In this document: piece after piece, positions 14,542 through 27,595 of the stretch
Layout: each line of letters opens with the position of its first letter
How positions within the stretch are numbered: the first letter of the stretch is position 1
Notes under the pieces: model-generated
Told to the model about the DNA's origin: nothing
Seen by the model: the letters and a program-made list of their open reading frames with translations, nothing else
Database searches by the model: none
DNA from: Octopus vulgaris
Taxonomy: Eukaryota
Direction: 5' to 3'
Length of the DNA stretch: 64,000 bases
Assembly (NCBI GenBank): GCA_951406725.2
Contig: OX597817.1
Span: 109,740,001 to 109,804,000 of the forward strand
Translations under genes and position numbers: made by a program

Positions 14542-14616
14542 ATCTTAGACTGCAGTTTCGCCTTTTTCAGCAATAAAAATAATATTTATTTACTCAGGTA
14601 GGCTCTTCAGTAAGAT
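14542..14616 (-). ncRNA. type I hammerhead ribozyme, intact core (copy 1)
   Basis: AUCUUA-CUGAAGA-GCCU...AGGC-GAAA-CUGCAG-UC-UAAGAU: 6-bp stem I, full core, 4-bp stem II with extension, palindromic stem III, GUC site. Confidence 0.85.
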
Positions 14617-14940
14617 TCCTGTTATTATGAAGCGCAACTCGATAGAAACATGTGCGTCTACTAATTTGCTCTTTCTAACTAATCAGATCACTGCGCAGAC
14701 GCAGAACGAACCCGACAAACTAGGGATTTCTGGTATATAGTCTAACGCTCAAAATTTATCGAGAAATATGTAAACAAATTCAAAATGCGATAAAATAAAA
14801 TTAATTATTATCGCTGGTGTTTCTAGCACAGGCCATATATTTTTCATATATAAGTACATTAAAGGCGAAATATGTACTAGAAACACAGAAGCTTGATAAA
14901 TTTAGTGAAATGAAGATAAAAACTTTTACTAACTCTGTTC

Positions 14941-15015
14941 ATCTTAGACTGCAGTTTCGCCTTTTTCAGCAATAAAAATAATATTTATTTACTCAGGTAG
15001 GCTCTTCAGTAAGAT
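14941..15015 (-). ncRNA. type I hammerhead ribozyme, intact core (copy 2)
   Basis: Identical to copy 1, exactly 399 bp away. Confidence 0.85.
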
Positions 15016-15321
15016 TCCTGTTATTATGAAGCGCAACTCGATAGACACATGTGCGTCTACTAATTTGCTCTTTCTAACTAATCAGATCACTGCGCAGACG
15101 CAGAACGAACCCGACAAACTAGGGATTTCTGGTATATAGTCTAACGCTCAAAATTTATCGAGAAATATGTAAACAAATTCAAAATGCGATAAAATAAAAT
15201 TAATTATTATCGCTGGTGTTTCTAGCACAGGCCATATATTTTTCATATATAAGTACATTAAAGGCGAAATATGTACTAGAAACACAGAAGCTTGATAAAT
15301 ATAGTGAAATGAAGATAAATA

Positions 15322-15371
<50 letters not shown>

Positions 15372-15384
15372 CATATATATACAT

Positions 15385-15449
<65 letters not shown>

Positions 15450-15741
15450 AAAATAAGACATGATAGAAAATGCTTCTCTTATTTTCCTTTACCATTTTCT
15501 ACCTTGTCTTATTTTCTTTATACATATCAACTCGTGTATTCATTTTCAACCTTCTACACATACACACTCACACACACACACACAGATATACATATACATC
15601 TTGTTTATTCTGGGTGGGTCATTATGCCAGTAATAATAAACATACACACTGGTTATATTTCGCTTCTTACTTATTGGCCAATCGATATGTTATCTAACCA
15701 ACCAATTCATTGAACGTTTCTTTTATATATACATGTGTATG

Positions 15742-15780
<39 letters not shown>

Positions 15781-18654
15781 ACATGATGTACGTACGCATA
15801 TTTAATGTACTGTACGATAATTGAATCTTAAGCGCACAGCATTTTAATTATCACTTGAGTTGTTATCAAAATTATTTCTCTAAATACTAACTTCGTAAAG
15901 AACTTTTGCAACGTGTATATGTAGAATACATTTTATTTATTTTGGCCATGATTAAATATCCTATTGTTGATATATAGGTAGGAAAATATGACATTTGATA
16001 AAGATTAAACATTTAAACCAACAGAATATAAAAGTTGCAAATAATACGTTATAATAATGAAGTAATTGATCCAGATATTTAATTCATCATTAACAGAATT
16101 TTAATACCGCCTTTTTTATAGTTTTCCAAAATACTAATTAATTAGATTAAATCCACAACTTTTAGTAGGGAGAGAACTTGAATATATGAAAGTTTCCTGA
16201 TTTTAAAATGTAACTTGAAAGTATTCTAAACAAAATGAAGATAATTTGAAACACTAATACATATTGAATTATAGTAATCATTCTACTATAGTTAGCTTTA
16301 CGAGCTAATAATCATTTAAAATGATTAAAATCGTATAATCATTTAAAATGACTACAGGCTGTTTTAATTTTCTTGTGCAATATTTACAACACCGTTATGC
16401 TTTTTGCTGTTTTTTTACGTATGGTTGACGGAATATCTGAACCACATAAATCTTGAAGTAATGGCATCTGTTGAAAACAGCATATGCAACTAATTAGGAT
16501 GAAAATCATATCACAGTTTGGTCATGTAGTAAGAAACCATGCAGAATAATGTGCTATACATACGCATATGTGTTTGTACTTGTGTGTATACATATATGTA
16601 CGTTAGTAAACATGCATGTAGGTAAGTTGGTATATTCAGAGCTTTACTATATCATATTTCTATAAGGTCATTGTAATATTAAGTTTCAATTTCAGCTCAT
16701 GCCATTCTGGAATATAACAGTGTGTATTATAATGAAATGAAATTGAATAACATTAAACGAAATAAAATAGAAAAACGTGTTACGTGCAATAAAACATTTT
16801 AGGTAGGCCTCTGTAATGAAACAATGTACGCAGAAATACTTGTGTAAAATTTAACTTTGAATTGTCAATAAATATCATTTGTTCTAATATAATAACAGAA
16901 ACTAATTGTTACTAGGGATACAATTTCTTTATACGTCATAGTTGTTTAGAACGGCAATTTCAAACTGATATGAATCGAGTGTAATCTGGTTATTTGTTTT
17001 ATGAATAACACTTCATTGTGTTGTTGCAACCTTTATACACGAAACAAGATAATGTTAAATTGTCTTAGAAATTACGAAAAGCAGCACGGCGTTTTTTCTT
17101 GAAGTAGTGAAATCGAACCAATACACAATCGGCATCAGGCTGGATTAATATTTCCGTTTAATAAGTAAATAAAAGGGGAATGGAAAGCGGTTAAAAAAGT
17201 CTTACAGCTAAACGTAAATCTGAATTTATTACGCTAAGATGATACAACTTATGATTAACTAATGTATTATAGAGCGTATGTTAATCTCCAAGACAAATTA
17301 TAATTAACGTTCTGAAATTGATAACTTAATCATGCGCTAAATTGTTTTAACCGCTATTTAAGTTATGTTATAAAACTACGTATGTTTGAAGTATTTTCTG
17401 TGTCACTCATTATCGCAATATTTAAGGTCTTAATAACGAGTCCAGGTCACCTAATAACAATGATGCTTTCATTTAGAATCACGTTTCATATTACAAATTT
17501 TATTGAAAATTGTTGACAAAGACAAAAAGATTTCGAAAGCAAGATAATTAAAAGGATGGAGCATCACTTGACATTTCAAACCAAATTTAGTTTGGATAAC
17601 AGTGCTAGCAATTTTCCGCTTCTCTATATTTATTAATACAATGGCAAGTTTCAAATTAACGATCAGTAAGCTATCTATTCAAGATTAAAAGTCTGCAGTA
17701 TTTTACGATATTTCGTGAATGTTCACTTTTCTCCAGCAACTCAATAGTAAATGCAAAATGTTTACTCCCAACCCCCAACCAAAGCTTATCGGAAACTTTA
17801 CTATATCTTGAATATATTACTTACTGATATTACTGTAAATATCCGTGAATGATTACCCTGGCCAAGATTATGTATGTATGTATGTATGTATGTATGTATG
17901 TATGTATGTATGTATTATGTATGTATGTATGTATGCATGTATATATACATGTTTGTATGCATACATGTGTGTGTGCGTCTGTGTGTGTGTGTGTGTTTGT
18001 GTGTGCGTCTGTGTGTGTGTGTGTGTGTACACTCATACATATGTATATGTGTGTGTGTGAGTGCATTCATGTACTGCTATAACTATATTAACTTTTATAT
18101 ATAACATATATATTAACATGTAATAATTTCATATGACATGATCCAGACAGCCAACTGTCACCACGAATCTGCCCCTAATTCGTGATTTCTCTCGTTACAG
18201 GACTGTAACTATCCGTCCATATTGCAATTACAAAAGTTCGGTGATCAGCCAAGGATCCACATCGTTTCCAATGTCTCTTGTTGTCAATCGTGTATTTCTC
18301 AGCTCTATAAAATGAGCAATAAGTGTATGAGAAAAGGGAGTATTTAAGTTGAGTCTTCCTTTTGAAAACTGCAACTGGACATGCCATAACCTTTCACCAT
18401 TTGGCTTCAGAGACTTCCTACCATAATTTTAAGACGTGTCTCTTGTAACTGCTCTTCTTTTTTTTTTTTTTGATGATAATTAAAAATCACAGCTAAGCTT
18501 TTTATGGAGTGGATGCTTTTTTTTTCTATGAACTTTCTCTTCTCTTACATCCTAGGGTGTGAAGAAACAGTCTGATTGAACAAACTTCCCCCAATTAAGA
18601 CTTCTTCTGGAAATGTTAAAATAATAATAATAATAATAATCATAATAATAATAG

Positions 18655-18970
18655 CCATGTGTTGAGAGGGATTCTTTAAGGTTTGAATAATTCACCTCTG
18701 GAAACATGGGTGGTTCTTTCAACATCCTTAAACAATCCTTATTCAGGGACCTTTTGAGCGGGATGGGCTACTCAACCTGAAGAAATTTCTAACTGGGCCC
18801 CACCTGCAAGGTCATGTGCTGTTTATCTTGATATGAGATGACCATGTCGCGCACATATGGTTGTGATGCATGTGCCTGGTGTACCCTTATCAGACGGGCA
18901 GTCATGATGGGTATATTGGGCTTCGTATATTTTACCCCAGTGTCACTTTGATGTCATGAACTGCTCTCTC
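18655..18970 (+). mobile_element. interspersed element embedded in (AAT)n, family unassigned
   Basis: GC-richer 315-bp block between (AAT)n tracts. Its end, CACTTTGATGTCATGAACTGCTCTCTC, recurs at about 19349-19380, again followed by AATAAT. Confidence 0.55.
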
Positions 18971-19025
<55 letters not shown>

Positions 19026-19029
19026 TAAT

Positions 19030-19348
19030 AAAGTTTCTAATCGATGTATCAATACCAAGAGATGACAATGTTTCTCTAAAAGGAACGGAGAAACTTTCAA
19101 AATACAAAGATCTGTAAATAGAGGTAATTCGAATGACGAGCCTAAAAACAGAAACAATTGCTATTATAGCATTAGGTATGATAAAAATCATTCAGATACA
19201 TATATAGCAAAACCACAAGGACTTACAAGTATATATATAACATACAGAAAATAGCACTACTTGGCACCGTGCGTATCATGCGTAAAGCACTTTCAATACA
19301 GTGAAAATAAGAGCACCACAATAAATATCAGCACATACCCAAGGCACA
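19030..19348 (+). mobile_element. R4/Dong-like LINE 3' end (restriction-like endonuclease)
   Basis: Translates FLIDVSIPRDDNVSLKGTEKLSKYKDL*IEVIRM...IIALGMIK...NIQKIALLGTVRIMRKALS, the RLE D..P...K..KY..L signature. Lies next to (AAT)n. Confidence 0.8.
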
Positions 19349-19519
19349 CACTTTGATGGCATACACTGCTCCCTCACTCAATAATAATGATAATGGACTC
19401 CCCCGTCGAAGACATCGTATGAGCTGCTCAAATGATTTGTTTATAGTGATCAAATCTATGTACAGCATATTTGTTCACTGTCTCCGTGAAATCGACGTTG
19501 TCTGAACAGGAACGCTGTG

Positions 19520-19632
19520 TACTACGCTTCAGGTGTCGAAGAAATCGCAGAGCAACGTGAGACGAAGTGTTTTGCTCAAGAATTGAAACCACGATGTCGT
19601 GATCGTGAGTGCAACACCCTAACAATACGCCC
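19520..19632 (-). mobile_element. SINE family C fragment
   Basis: Reverse complement resembles the head of 31992-32256 (GTTAGGGTGTTG...GATCACGACATCGTGGTTTCAATT...CTTGAGCAAAACACTTC). Confidence 0.6.
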
Positions 19633-19633
19633 T

Positions 19634-19694
<61 letters not shown>

Positions 19695-20717
19695 GTGAGG
19701 AACATTGTGCAGTTTATTATGCTCTCAGACTCTATGTTTAATCGGTAATTTTATCCATTTGATTAATTTTCTTTGCTTAGTAGAGGTTGTCTAATTACTC
19801 AGCTTACAGTGTAGGTGGCACCTCGTCATAATGATCTAACATATTTTCTTCCAAAATATTCACTAACACAAATCTCTAGAAACAAGCTGTAATAATTTAA
19901 TATTAATATTTTCCTTTCCATTTCGCGGTTTCCTTTAATATTATCAAAATAGTAAATAAATGAAATTAATTAATTAAATGATTAATTATTAAGAAGCAGT
20001 AAATAAATAAATAGAATTATTGTCTCATAGCGTAAGCAAGCAGCGTGATATGAAGAAAAATATTTACGGTAATTTAAATATTATCTTAACACTGAAGAAT
20101 ATTTTTGCTCATACATTTCTGGGAAAAGTTCACTTCAGTTTGAGTGCATCTAAATCTATAAAAATACAGAGTGAAAAATGGACTCGTTACATTAACATGT
20201 AAAGAAAACAACATCACTTAATTGAAATGCATGTCACACATCTCTAGGATGAAGTTTTATGAATAATTTCCACTAGCATATTTTTCACTTAATTAGGTGT
20301 TATAAACAACCATAATATTCTTTTGCAGACTAAATGTTCTATACCAGATAATAATTCTACAGAACACATATTAGGAATCAAGCCATGTTTGCTATTTGCC
20401 TCCCTCCTGTATTTGTTATTTCCCGGTGACGTTGTTGGCATAAGTGCTATATTTCCAATTTACTAAAACATGTTGCATGTCATCAGACACCGAGGAAAGT
20501 TTGATTGGTAATTAAGTAAATGGAAAGATTCTCGTACAGATTTTCTTATAGAGACTTAGACATATAGAATTCTATACTGCAGCGCATGGTGCTGTTACTT
20601 TCATGATAAATATGAAACAAATGTATATACCTAAAACAGTTCGTGAAGTTACTTTTAGGTGGGGGAGATTTTCTTTTAAGTACATATACGATCAAATTTA
20701 ATAACATAAGAATGATG

Positions 20718-20777
<60 letters not shown>

Positions 20778-20798
20778 CATTATTATTATTATTAACCA

Positions 20799-20998
20799 GA
20801 GGAACTGGTAGAATTGTTAGCATGCAGGGCAAAATGTTTTGCAGCACTTCGTTTGTCTTTACGTTCTGAGTTCAAATGCCGCCGAGGTCGACTTGGCCTT
20901 TCATCCTTTCGTCGTTGATAAAATAAGTACCAGTCATACACTGGAGTGGATATAATCACCTTATACCCTCGCCCGAACTTGGTGGCCGTGTGCCAAAA
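20799..20998 (+). mobile_element. SINE family B
   Basis: GAACTGGTAGAATTGTTAGC head, GAGTTCAAAT B-box-like, GGTCGACTTGGCCTTTCATCCTTTC...GATAAAATAAGTACCAG central domain. Sits between (ATT)n and (AGT)n. Confidence 0.8.
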
Positions 20999-21108
<110 letters not shown>

Positions 21109-21370
21109 TCCACATCATAGTCAACGCCATCATCATCAGACACACTGCAATAACCAAAATGTAAACAACAGTGACGACCATGATAGAAGATAACAAAGCG
21201 AATGCTTGGGTTTCAAGACCGAAGACAAATCGAGGTGACTAGCAGAGCTAATGAATCACAAACTTGCTCGTTAGTGAGTGCTGTAATACTTCAGGTTAGA
21301 GAACTTAACGCTGGCTGTCAAAATAATAGAAGGGATATTGAGCTTTGGATTGTCACTACATTCGCAGGAA

Positions 21371-21685
21371 TCAGGTGTGACTGTGTGGCTGGGAAACTTG
21401 CTTCCAAACCATATGCTCTTGAATACAGATCCACTTAGTGGCACCTTGGGCTAGTGTCTTCCATTATAGCCCTGAACCGACCAAAGCACTGTGACCGACT
21501 TTGGTAGACGGAAACTGAAATAAAACCCATGCTATGGATGTGTCTCTTTGTGTTTTTATTTGTCCTCCACCACTCGGTGTTCGTTTGTTTACCTGCCCAT
21601 AACTTAGCACGTCGGCAAAATAGATCCTATAGAATAAATGCCACTTTGAAAATATAAGTACTAGGGTCGATTTATTCGTCGAAAC
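21371..21685 (+). mobile_element. SINE family A, diverged
   Basis: GTGGCACCTTGGGCTAGTGTCTTCC...TTTGGTAGACGGAAACTGAAA...AAGTACTAGGGTCGATTTATTCG. Confidence 0.75.
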
Positions 21686-21939
21686 CAGAGGTCCATATAC
21701 ATTTTGGGTTTTCCACGCAAGCAAAATAGTAATTTAGAGATCAACAGTATTATTTTAAAAGTCCTTGAAAAGATTTTGCTTTAGATGTATTTATGGCAAG
21801 AAACAGCTAGGTTTCCTTCTATAACGCTCAACATAGTTCAGCATTTTCTTGTTAACGTATGCAAGTGAACGTGTGAAAAACTAAATAGGAATTTTTAAAG
21901 AAGTACCTATGAGACTTATTTTTTAAACATCGAATAGCT

Positions 21940-22018
21940 ATGGAGGTGGGGGGCCACCAGCATAAAATAGTAATCAAAGGGGTCCATAGATAAAAAGGTT
22001 GTTGAGAACGGCTAGTCT
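21940..22018. mobile_element. possible hAT-type transposon terminus
   Basis: GGGGTCCATAGATAAAAAGGTTGTTGAGAACGGCTAG resembles hAT/Charlie-type ends (AAAAAGGTTGAGAACCCCTG). No partner TIR seen. Confidence 0.3.
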
Positions 22019-23691
22019 AAACCCTTCATGAGATTTTCTTTTGTCTCTAGAGATGTTAAGGTTTGATTTACAAGTAAACAATGCAAGTGTTTGTGTGGTC
22101 AGTAAAAATAAAGAAAATATAGATAATTCAACATATATTAAATGTATTGAGTTTTGAGTAACACACGGTCCATTACATTACTAAAGTACATCGACATCAG
22201 ATTTAATTGAAAATGATAGGAATATTTCTTTTAGGAATCAGTCTGAGTATGATTTTTTTCATAAGCGCAGTTGCTAATTGAAAGATTCATTATGGTCATT
22301 TGCCAAATTCCCACAGAAACAATATAGAAAAACACTTAATACACATACTAAAGAACAAATCACTTAACTAATTAATCAAATAATCAATTAGTTATCCGAT
22401 TGAAAATAAACGCTGTACTTAATCACTTTTTTATTATATTCCGGCGTATACAGTAATAATGTTTACCATTTAAAAATTCAAAAGAATGTATTGTAAGAAA
22501 TCGATGGAAATTGTGATTTCCTTAGTCGATTGGTGAATATCAGCATTAGAGATATGTTAACCTGTCACGAGGAGAAATAGTTCGATTTTTCATTTTTTAG
22601 CAATAATCACAAAATTATTCAGTTCATGTGTTAGCTTTATTTTCCGAAATTTACTGTCACGCATCATGATAGAAATATGGTTATATAATATTTACACTCA
22701 AAAATAAAAATCAATAGCTACACCATGCCATTGTATACTGATTAAAAGACATCACACTCTGGCAGAATTTAACCGTGATCTTTTCTAAAAAATAATTAAA
22801 TAAATGGGTTTTGTAAAACCTACGAATTAGTCTCATACAGTCATATCCGTTTTATTTGAAATAAGGCTTTTAATTCACTTATATTATATCGCGGATTACA
22901 TTATTCAATATGTCATTCTTTTTTTAAGGTGGTAGTGTATGATTTGAGAGACATTTGTTTACTATTTCTACTGAGTTGTACCATCACATACAGATACCCT
23001 TGCTGTCTTTTATTGTTAGTCGTTTCTAAAATATATGGTCCCGACTAAATAGAATCTCGGCCACAATGTACTGAAAGAAAAACATGCATGCAGAAGTTTA
23101 AAACCGCTTAACCTAATTAATTTCCATGTTAGAATTTCTGATTTCTAACGGTGTTTTAACAAATGCCTAGACTACGTGTACAGGGTGTCTCTATTGAGAT
23201 TGCTTGTGAATTAAACTTTAATTGAATTCTAAAAAATAAAATCTAATCAGAAACGACTTTGTAAACTTTAATCAATCAATCATTAACCCCGAATTGATAT
23301 TATCTGACCTGTTGTTGAGTTTCAAAACACGTTAACAATACGACAGCCAATTTTTTTGTTTAAGTTTATTTAATGAAAAATATTTTATTATTGAAAGCAA
23401 AATATTAGATTTGACGTCACAAAACATTACAAAGAATATTTTCAATGAATCTTTATAAAATATAGGCAAGTGGGCGCCACCATACTTAATGCAGCAAGCC
23501 ATGTAATTTTGTAATTTTAATGACTTTAAATTACACTATATCGATTAGAACAATCATTATCTAAATTACTAACTTTAGTAAAAAAAAAATAAAAGGTAGA
23601 AGAGACAACAGCTGCAATTTTAACTAGTTGTAATTGATTAAATATGGGATATTGTGATGTGTATTTGAAGTTCTTCGCAATGCATCGACAA

Positions 23692-23731
23692 TTCTGGACA
23701 TGTTTCGGTCTTAGTGTGCCTCATCAGGAAA
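23692..23731 (-). ncRNA. minimal hammerhead-like motif, degenerate stems
   Basis: Minus strand: UUUC-CUGAUGA-GG-cacacuaaga-CC-GAAA-CAUG-UC-CAGAA. Core complete, palindromic CAUG stem III, but only a 2-bp stem II and a mismatched first stem I pair. Confidence 0.45.
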
Positions 23732-23833
23732 GGCTATGATATTGCTGGAGATCTTAAATAACTTGACACAGTATTGTTATAACTTAACAGAATGACCGAA
23801 GAAAAAATCTTAATAGTAATGTGAATACTATTA

Positions 23834-24235
23834 AGGAGTGGCTGTGTGGTAAGTAGCTTGCTAACCAACCACATGGTTCTGGGTTCAATCCCACTGCGTG
23901 GCATCTTGGGTGAGTGTCTTCTGCTATAGCCCCGGGCCGACCAATGCCTTGTGAGTGGATTTGGTAGACGGAAACTGAAAGAAGCCTGTCGTGTATATGT
24001 ATATATATATATGTGTATGTGTGTGTGTCTGTGTTTGTCCCCCTAGCATTGCTTGACAACCAATGCTGCTGTATTTACGTCCCCGTCACTTAGCGGTTCG
24101 GCAAAAGAGACCGATAGAATAAGTACTGGGCTTACAAAGAATAAGTCCCGGGGTCGATTTGCTCGACTAAAGGCGGTGCTCCAGCATGGCCGCAGTCAAA
24201 TGACTGAAACAAGTAAAAGAGTAAAAAAAGAGTAA
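23834..24235 (+). mobile_element. SINE family A, best-preserved copy
   Basis: tRNA-like head (GTGGCTGTGTGGTAAG...GGGTTCAATCCC), CORE-like block, internal TA/TG tract, 3' GGCGGTGCTCCAGCATGGCCGCAGTCAAATGACTGAAACAAG(TAAAAGAG)n. Confidence 0.9.
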
Positions 24236-24799
24236 TGTTGTAAACTAAGAATTTTAGTTAGAGATTAAACGTTCAGCAATAGAATAATCTTCATGTAAAT
24301 TATTAATTCTAGTAAAAAGAGAGAATAAACGAGACAACTCAGAAATTTTTAATCTATATAACTGGTAGATATAGCTCATATATAAGTATAGTAGATTCAT
24401 TCCATTTGAGAAAATTTTGCAACTGATATCACGTGTAAACCAGTTTTCTGGCCAAAAGTTCCAAGGTTTATATCCTGTCACTGACACTACATTATATCAT
24501 GCAGGCAACAAACAATTTAAAATAAGTACAAACAGGAGCAATAATAACTCATTATTATTATATATTATATAATAATTATTATAGTAATATTATCATAATA
24601 ATAACTATTTAGCATAATCAAAAATGTTAAGCATGGTATTTAACTATCCCATGTTTAAATATAACCATATGCGAAAACTGCTAAAGATTAATGTGCCTAC
24701 TCTAGGAATAGTATCGTAAAAAGTGATAAACTCCAACTTACTAAAATGTTTCACTTACTAAACTGTCTTTCATTTTGTAATCAACGTACGAATCACCTA

Positions 24800-25960
24800 C
24801 GTCTCAATACTATTAGATTCTCCCCCGTGAATATTGAGAATGGAAATTAACTTCTTTAAAACAGCAGAAACTATACAAAGCAACTACAGGTTTTTCGAGA
24901 TTCAGAAATTCTTCCCAACTAAATTTGTTGCAACCCTTTGTCCTTTGAGAAGTATAGAGTATAGAAAGTAGAATATCATTGTGTTTGTGAAGACACATTA
25001 TAGGAAATGTAATATTTTCCAAAGGCCTTGTACAATGAATCAATAGTTGCATTAGATCTTCGAACAAGCAGAAGAAACAACCTGGAATCTTTTGAATCTG
25101 ACACTAATGTTTCTAGCAACTTCTATTTATATCCTTGGATAAGAAGGTGCCCTTAGCGATGCAGGGCATCTCTCCTCAGATCTAAACTTTCTATAGATTG
25201 TTTTCTTTCTTTTTATCAAAGTAAAACATTCGGCTTATAAATGTGTGACGCATTGCTTGAGGTAAAAGTCAAATATTTACTTCTTGATCCGCTCCTCATG
25301 AACGTTTCATAGTTTCTAATACTTTGCTCCTTACACCATTCGGATTTATTATTAGATGTCATTATCAGTACTTATCTTTGATGGAAGCAACATATCGGAG
25401 TTAAAGAGATAGGCCGCTACATGGTCGATCTATATGGTACACATATTAGGCAATTCTTTCTTAAACAGCACACTAACGTCTTAAACAACGCAAGGAAAAC
25501 ATTGAATAACGTAGTCATAAGTACATTACTAAAAGTACGAGTTGGTTATGATTTGAATTTTTTTCAGAGACCTGTTGAACAGCAGCTGTATATTATTAGT
25601 ATTATAGAGGTTTATGAAGTAAACTCACTTATCCTTCTGAATCTAAGATATGCTTGCCCTCAACACCAGCTTTCATGCTCAAATTCGAATCGCTTGGAAA
25701 ATTATATCTTTAAGGTCTACAACAGATCTCGCTGCTGTGATCTAAGAAAGATTTGGCTGCTATTTCAAGTAAGTCGAACGACTATGCAGATGCTTCTGCC
25801 TCTTATGGATGTTATCTTAAATACTAAACTCTCATTCTACAAGTTATTACATCCTGTTAAACTTAGTATTTGCATCCTACCTCATTTAATTCAAAACTCT
25901 TCGTGCATTTTGCTTTACCATTAGGGTTAAATTCCATCTAAAATCCTACTTATCAAAAAT
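24800..25960 (-). mobile_element. possible very old R4/Dong-like LINE remnant
   Basis: Scattered minus-strand peptides (MEFNP..KC; IDR; CLHKHNDIL) in the order expected for the RT thumb, Zn-knuckle and RHN motifs. Heavily decayed. Confidence 0.3.
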
Positions 25961-26828
25961 GCTTACTCTATACACTCAGCCTACGCAGATACGCTATGGT
26001 TGTATCTGGATTTCGAGTGATACCATTCGCTTAACTGTTCTCTTAAACATGACTAGCACAGACGTGGCTTTACAGTACTATGAGGGACTTAAACTCTGTC
26101 GTACAGGTGTAACAACGATGGGCACCTCTACAAACATATATGCACTCGTACATACATACGTACGTACATACATACAAACATACATACATATATGCATGTA
26201 TACAATTTTCAAGCGCTGCGGCTATCAAGCAAAGTAAGTAACTACTGCCATGCACTCGGCGAATGGCCTCAGTAAGCGAAATAGCAGAAATATGTTACTC
26301 TTCACAGTTGTTACCTAAATATTTCTGGCTATAGTGCTTAGTTTCGAAGTTAGGAAAGTTCTCCTGTATAACTACAAAGCAAACATACATTTAAACTTAC
26401 ATGTGCCCATTACATACATATAAACTAAATATGTCCATTTCATCATGATAATGTCAATAATTACTTAGAAATTATAATCTCTAAGTGTTGGGATTTTCAG
26501 GCGAGGTAAAATATGTCAGATTTGTGTTCCTCAAATTCAGTCAGTAAATAAAGCAGCAGAAAGTTGCTAGAATGTTCAATGAGTAGCATGTAATTCTATA
26601 TAATTTTTCATACCAAAGTACCAAGGACCGCAATTCTTAGCAGAAATTATCCAAAGCACTTAATAGGAAAATACAAATATATCCAATTATACAAGCAAAA
26701 ATTAACTTTGTGATGTGTATTGAGAGCTCATTTGCGCTGAGCGATCATTTGCACGCTTCCTTTTTTAACCAGTTTGATACGCATACACATACATAGATAC
26801 ATGTACATATACCTATATCCAACCCCAC

Positions 26829-26899
<71 letters not shown>

Positions 26900-27042
26900 G
26901 AGTGGTTTTGTCTCTAATTCATATTTTATATATATATTATAAACATATACCACAAACATATATAAGAGTATAGTTTCTAGTTTCTAACGATCGACATTAC
27001 TCCCTTACTTTATATCTATAGCGAAACGTGCTATAAGAAGAT

Positions 27043-27174
27043 GATCCACTTACAAAGGCTTTAATCAGGCCGAGGCTATAGTAGAAGACACTTATCCAAG
27101 GTGCCACGCAGTGGGACTGATCCCGGAAGCATGTCGTTGGGAAGCAAGCTTCTTACCACACACCCACTCCTGCG
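27043..27174 (-). mobile_element. SINE family A, 5' part
   Basis: GCTATAGTAGAAGACACTTATCCAAGGTGCCACGCAGTGGGACTGA...CTTACCACACACCCACTCCTGCG is the reverse complement of the head and CORE. Confidence 0.8.
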
Positions 27175-27595
27175 ATGAATGTGTGTACTTATGTATTCAT
27201 ATGTATATATGTATATATCTTTACATATATATATGTGTGTGTGTGTGTCTGCCTATACAAAGATAACGAAATAATACTTTCAACGACATATTTAGTCTCA
27301 AATATATTTTGAAGCAAATCCGGCTAAATATACAAATATCAGATTAATAACTTCATTTTCCCTGCGTGCTTCGCAATATTTTCTCTTCCATAAATTTTCA
27401 CATTTGTATCAATGGAACATTGTCTAATTGTCACATAAATTAGCTTGAAATCATGTGAGTATCTGTCATTAAAAAAATTAATGAGACTCAACAAGGTTCA
27501 AAATTTAATTCCCCTAATCGAATTTACAATATACATATATATTGAAAATGCGATCAAGGGAATCGAATACATACATATATACATATATATATTGT

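Larger units (their letters stand above)
14383..15325 (-). repeat. head-to-tail 399-bp repeat (about 2.4 units) carrying hammerhead ribozymes; retrozyme/Penelope-like
   Basis: Unit starts AAACAAATTCAAAATGCG at 14383, 14772 and 15171. Copies are nearly identical (the first is 10 bp shorter). (TA)n on both sides. Confidence 0.92.

Noticed and set aside
14383-15325. CRISPR-like or classical satellite interpretation of the tandem repeat
   Set aside because: No short repeat with unique spacers, eukaryotic context, and only about 2.4 units; the ribozyme explains it better.
20465-20492. Minus-strand CUGAUGA followed by a CAUG/CAUG hairpin
   Set aside because: No GAAA or stem III follows.
25421-25924. 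167-aa plus-strand ORF, the longest non-microsatellite ORF
   Set aside because: No domain recognised; it lies antisense to faint LINE-like peptides, so it is probably a shadow ORF.
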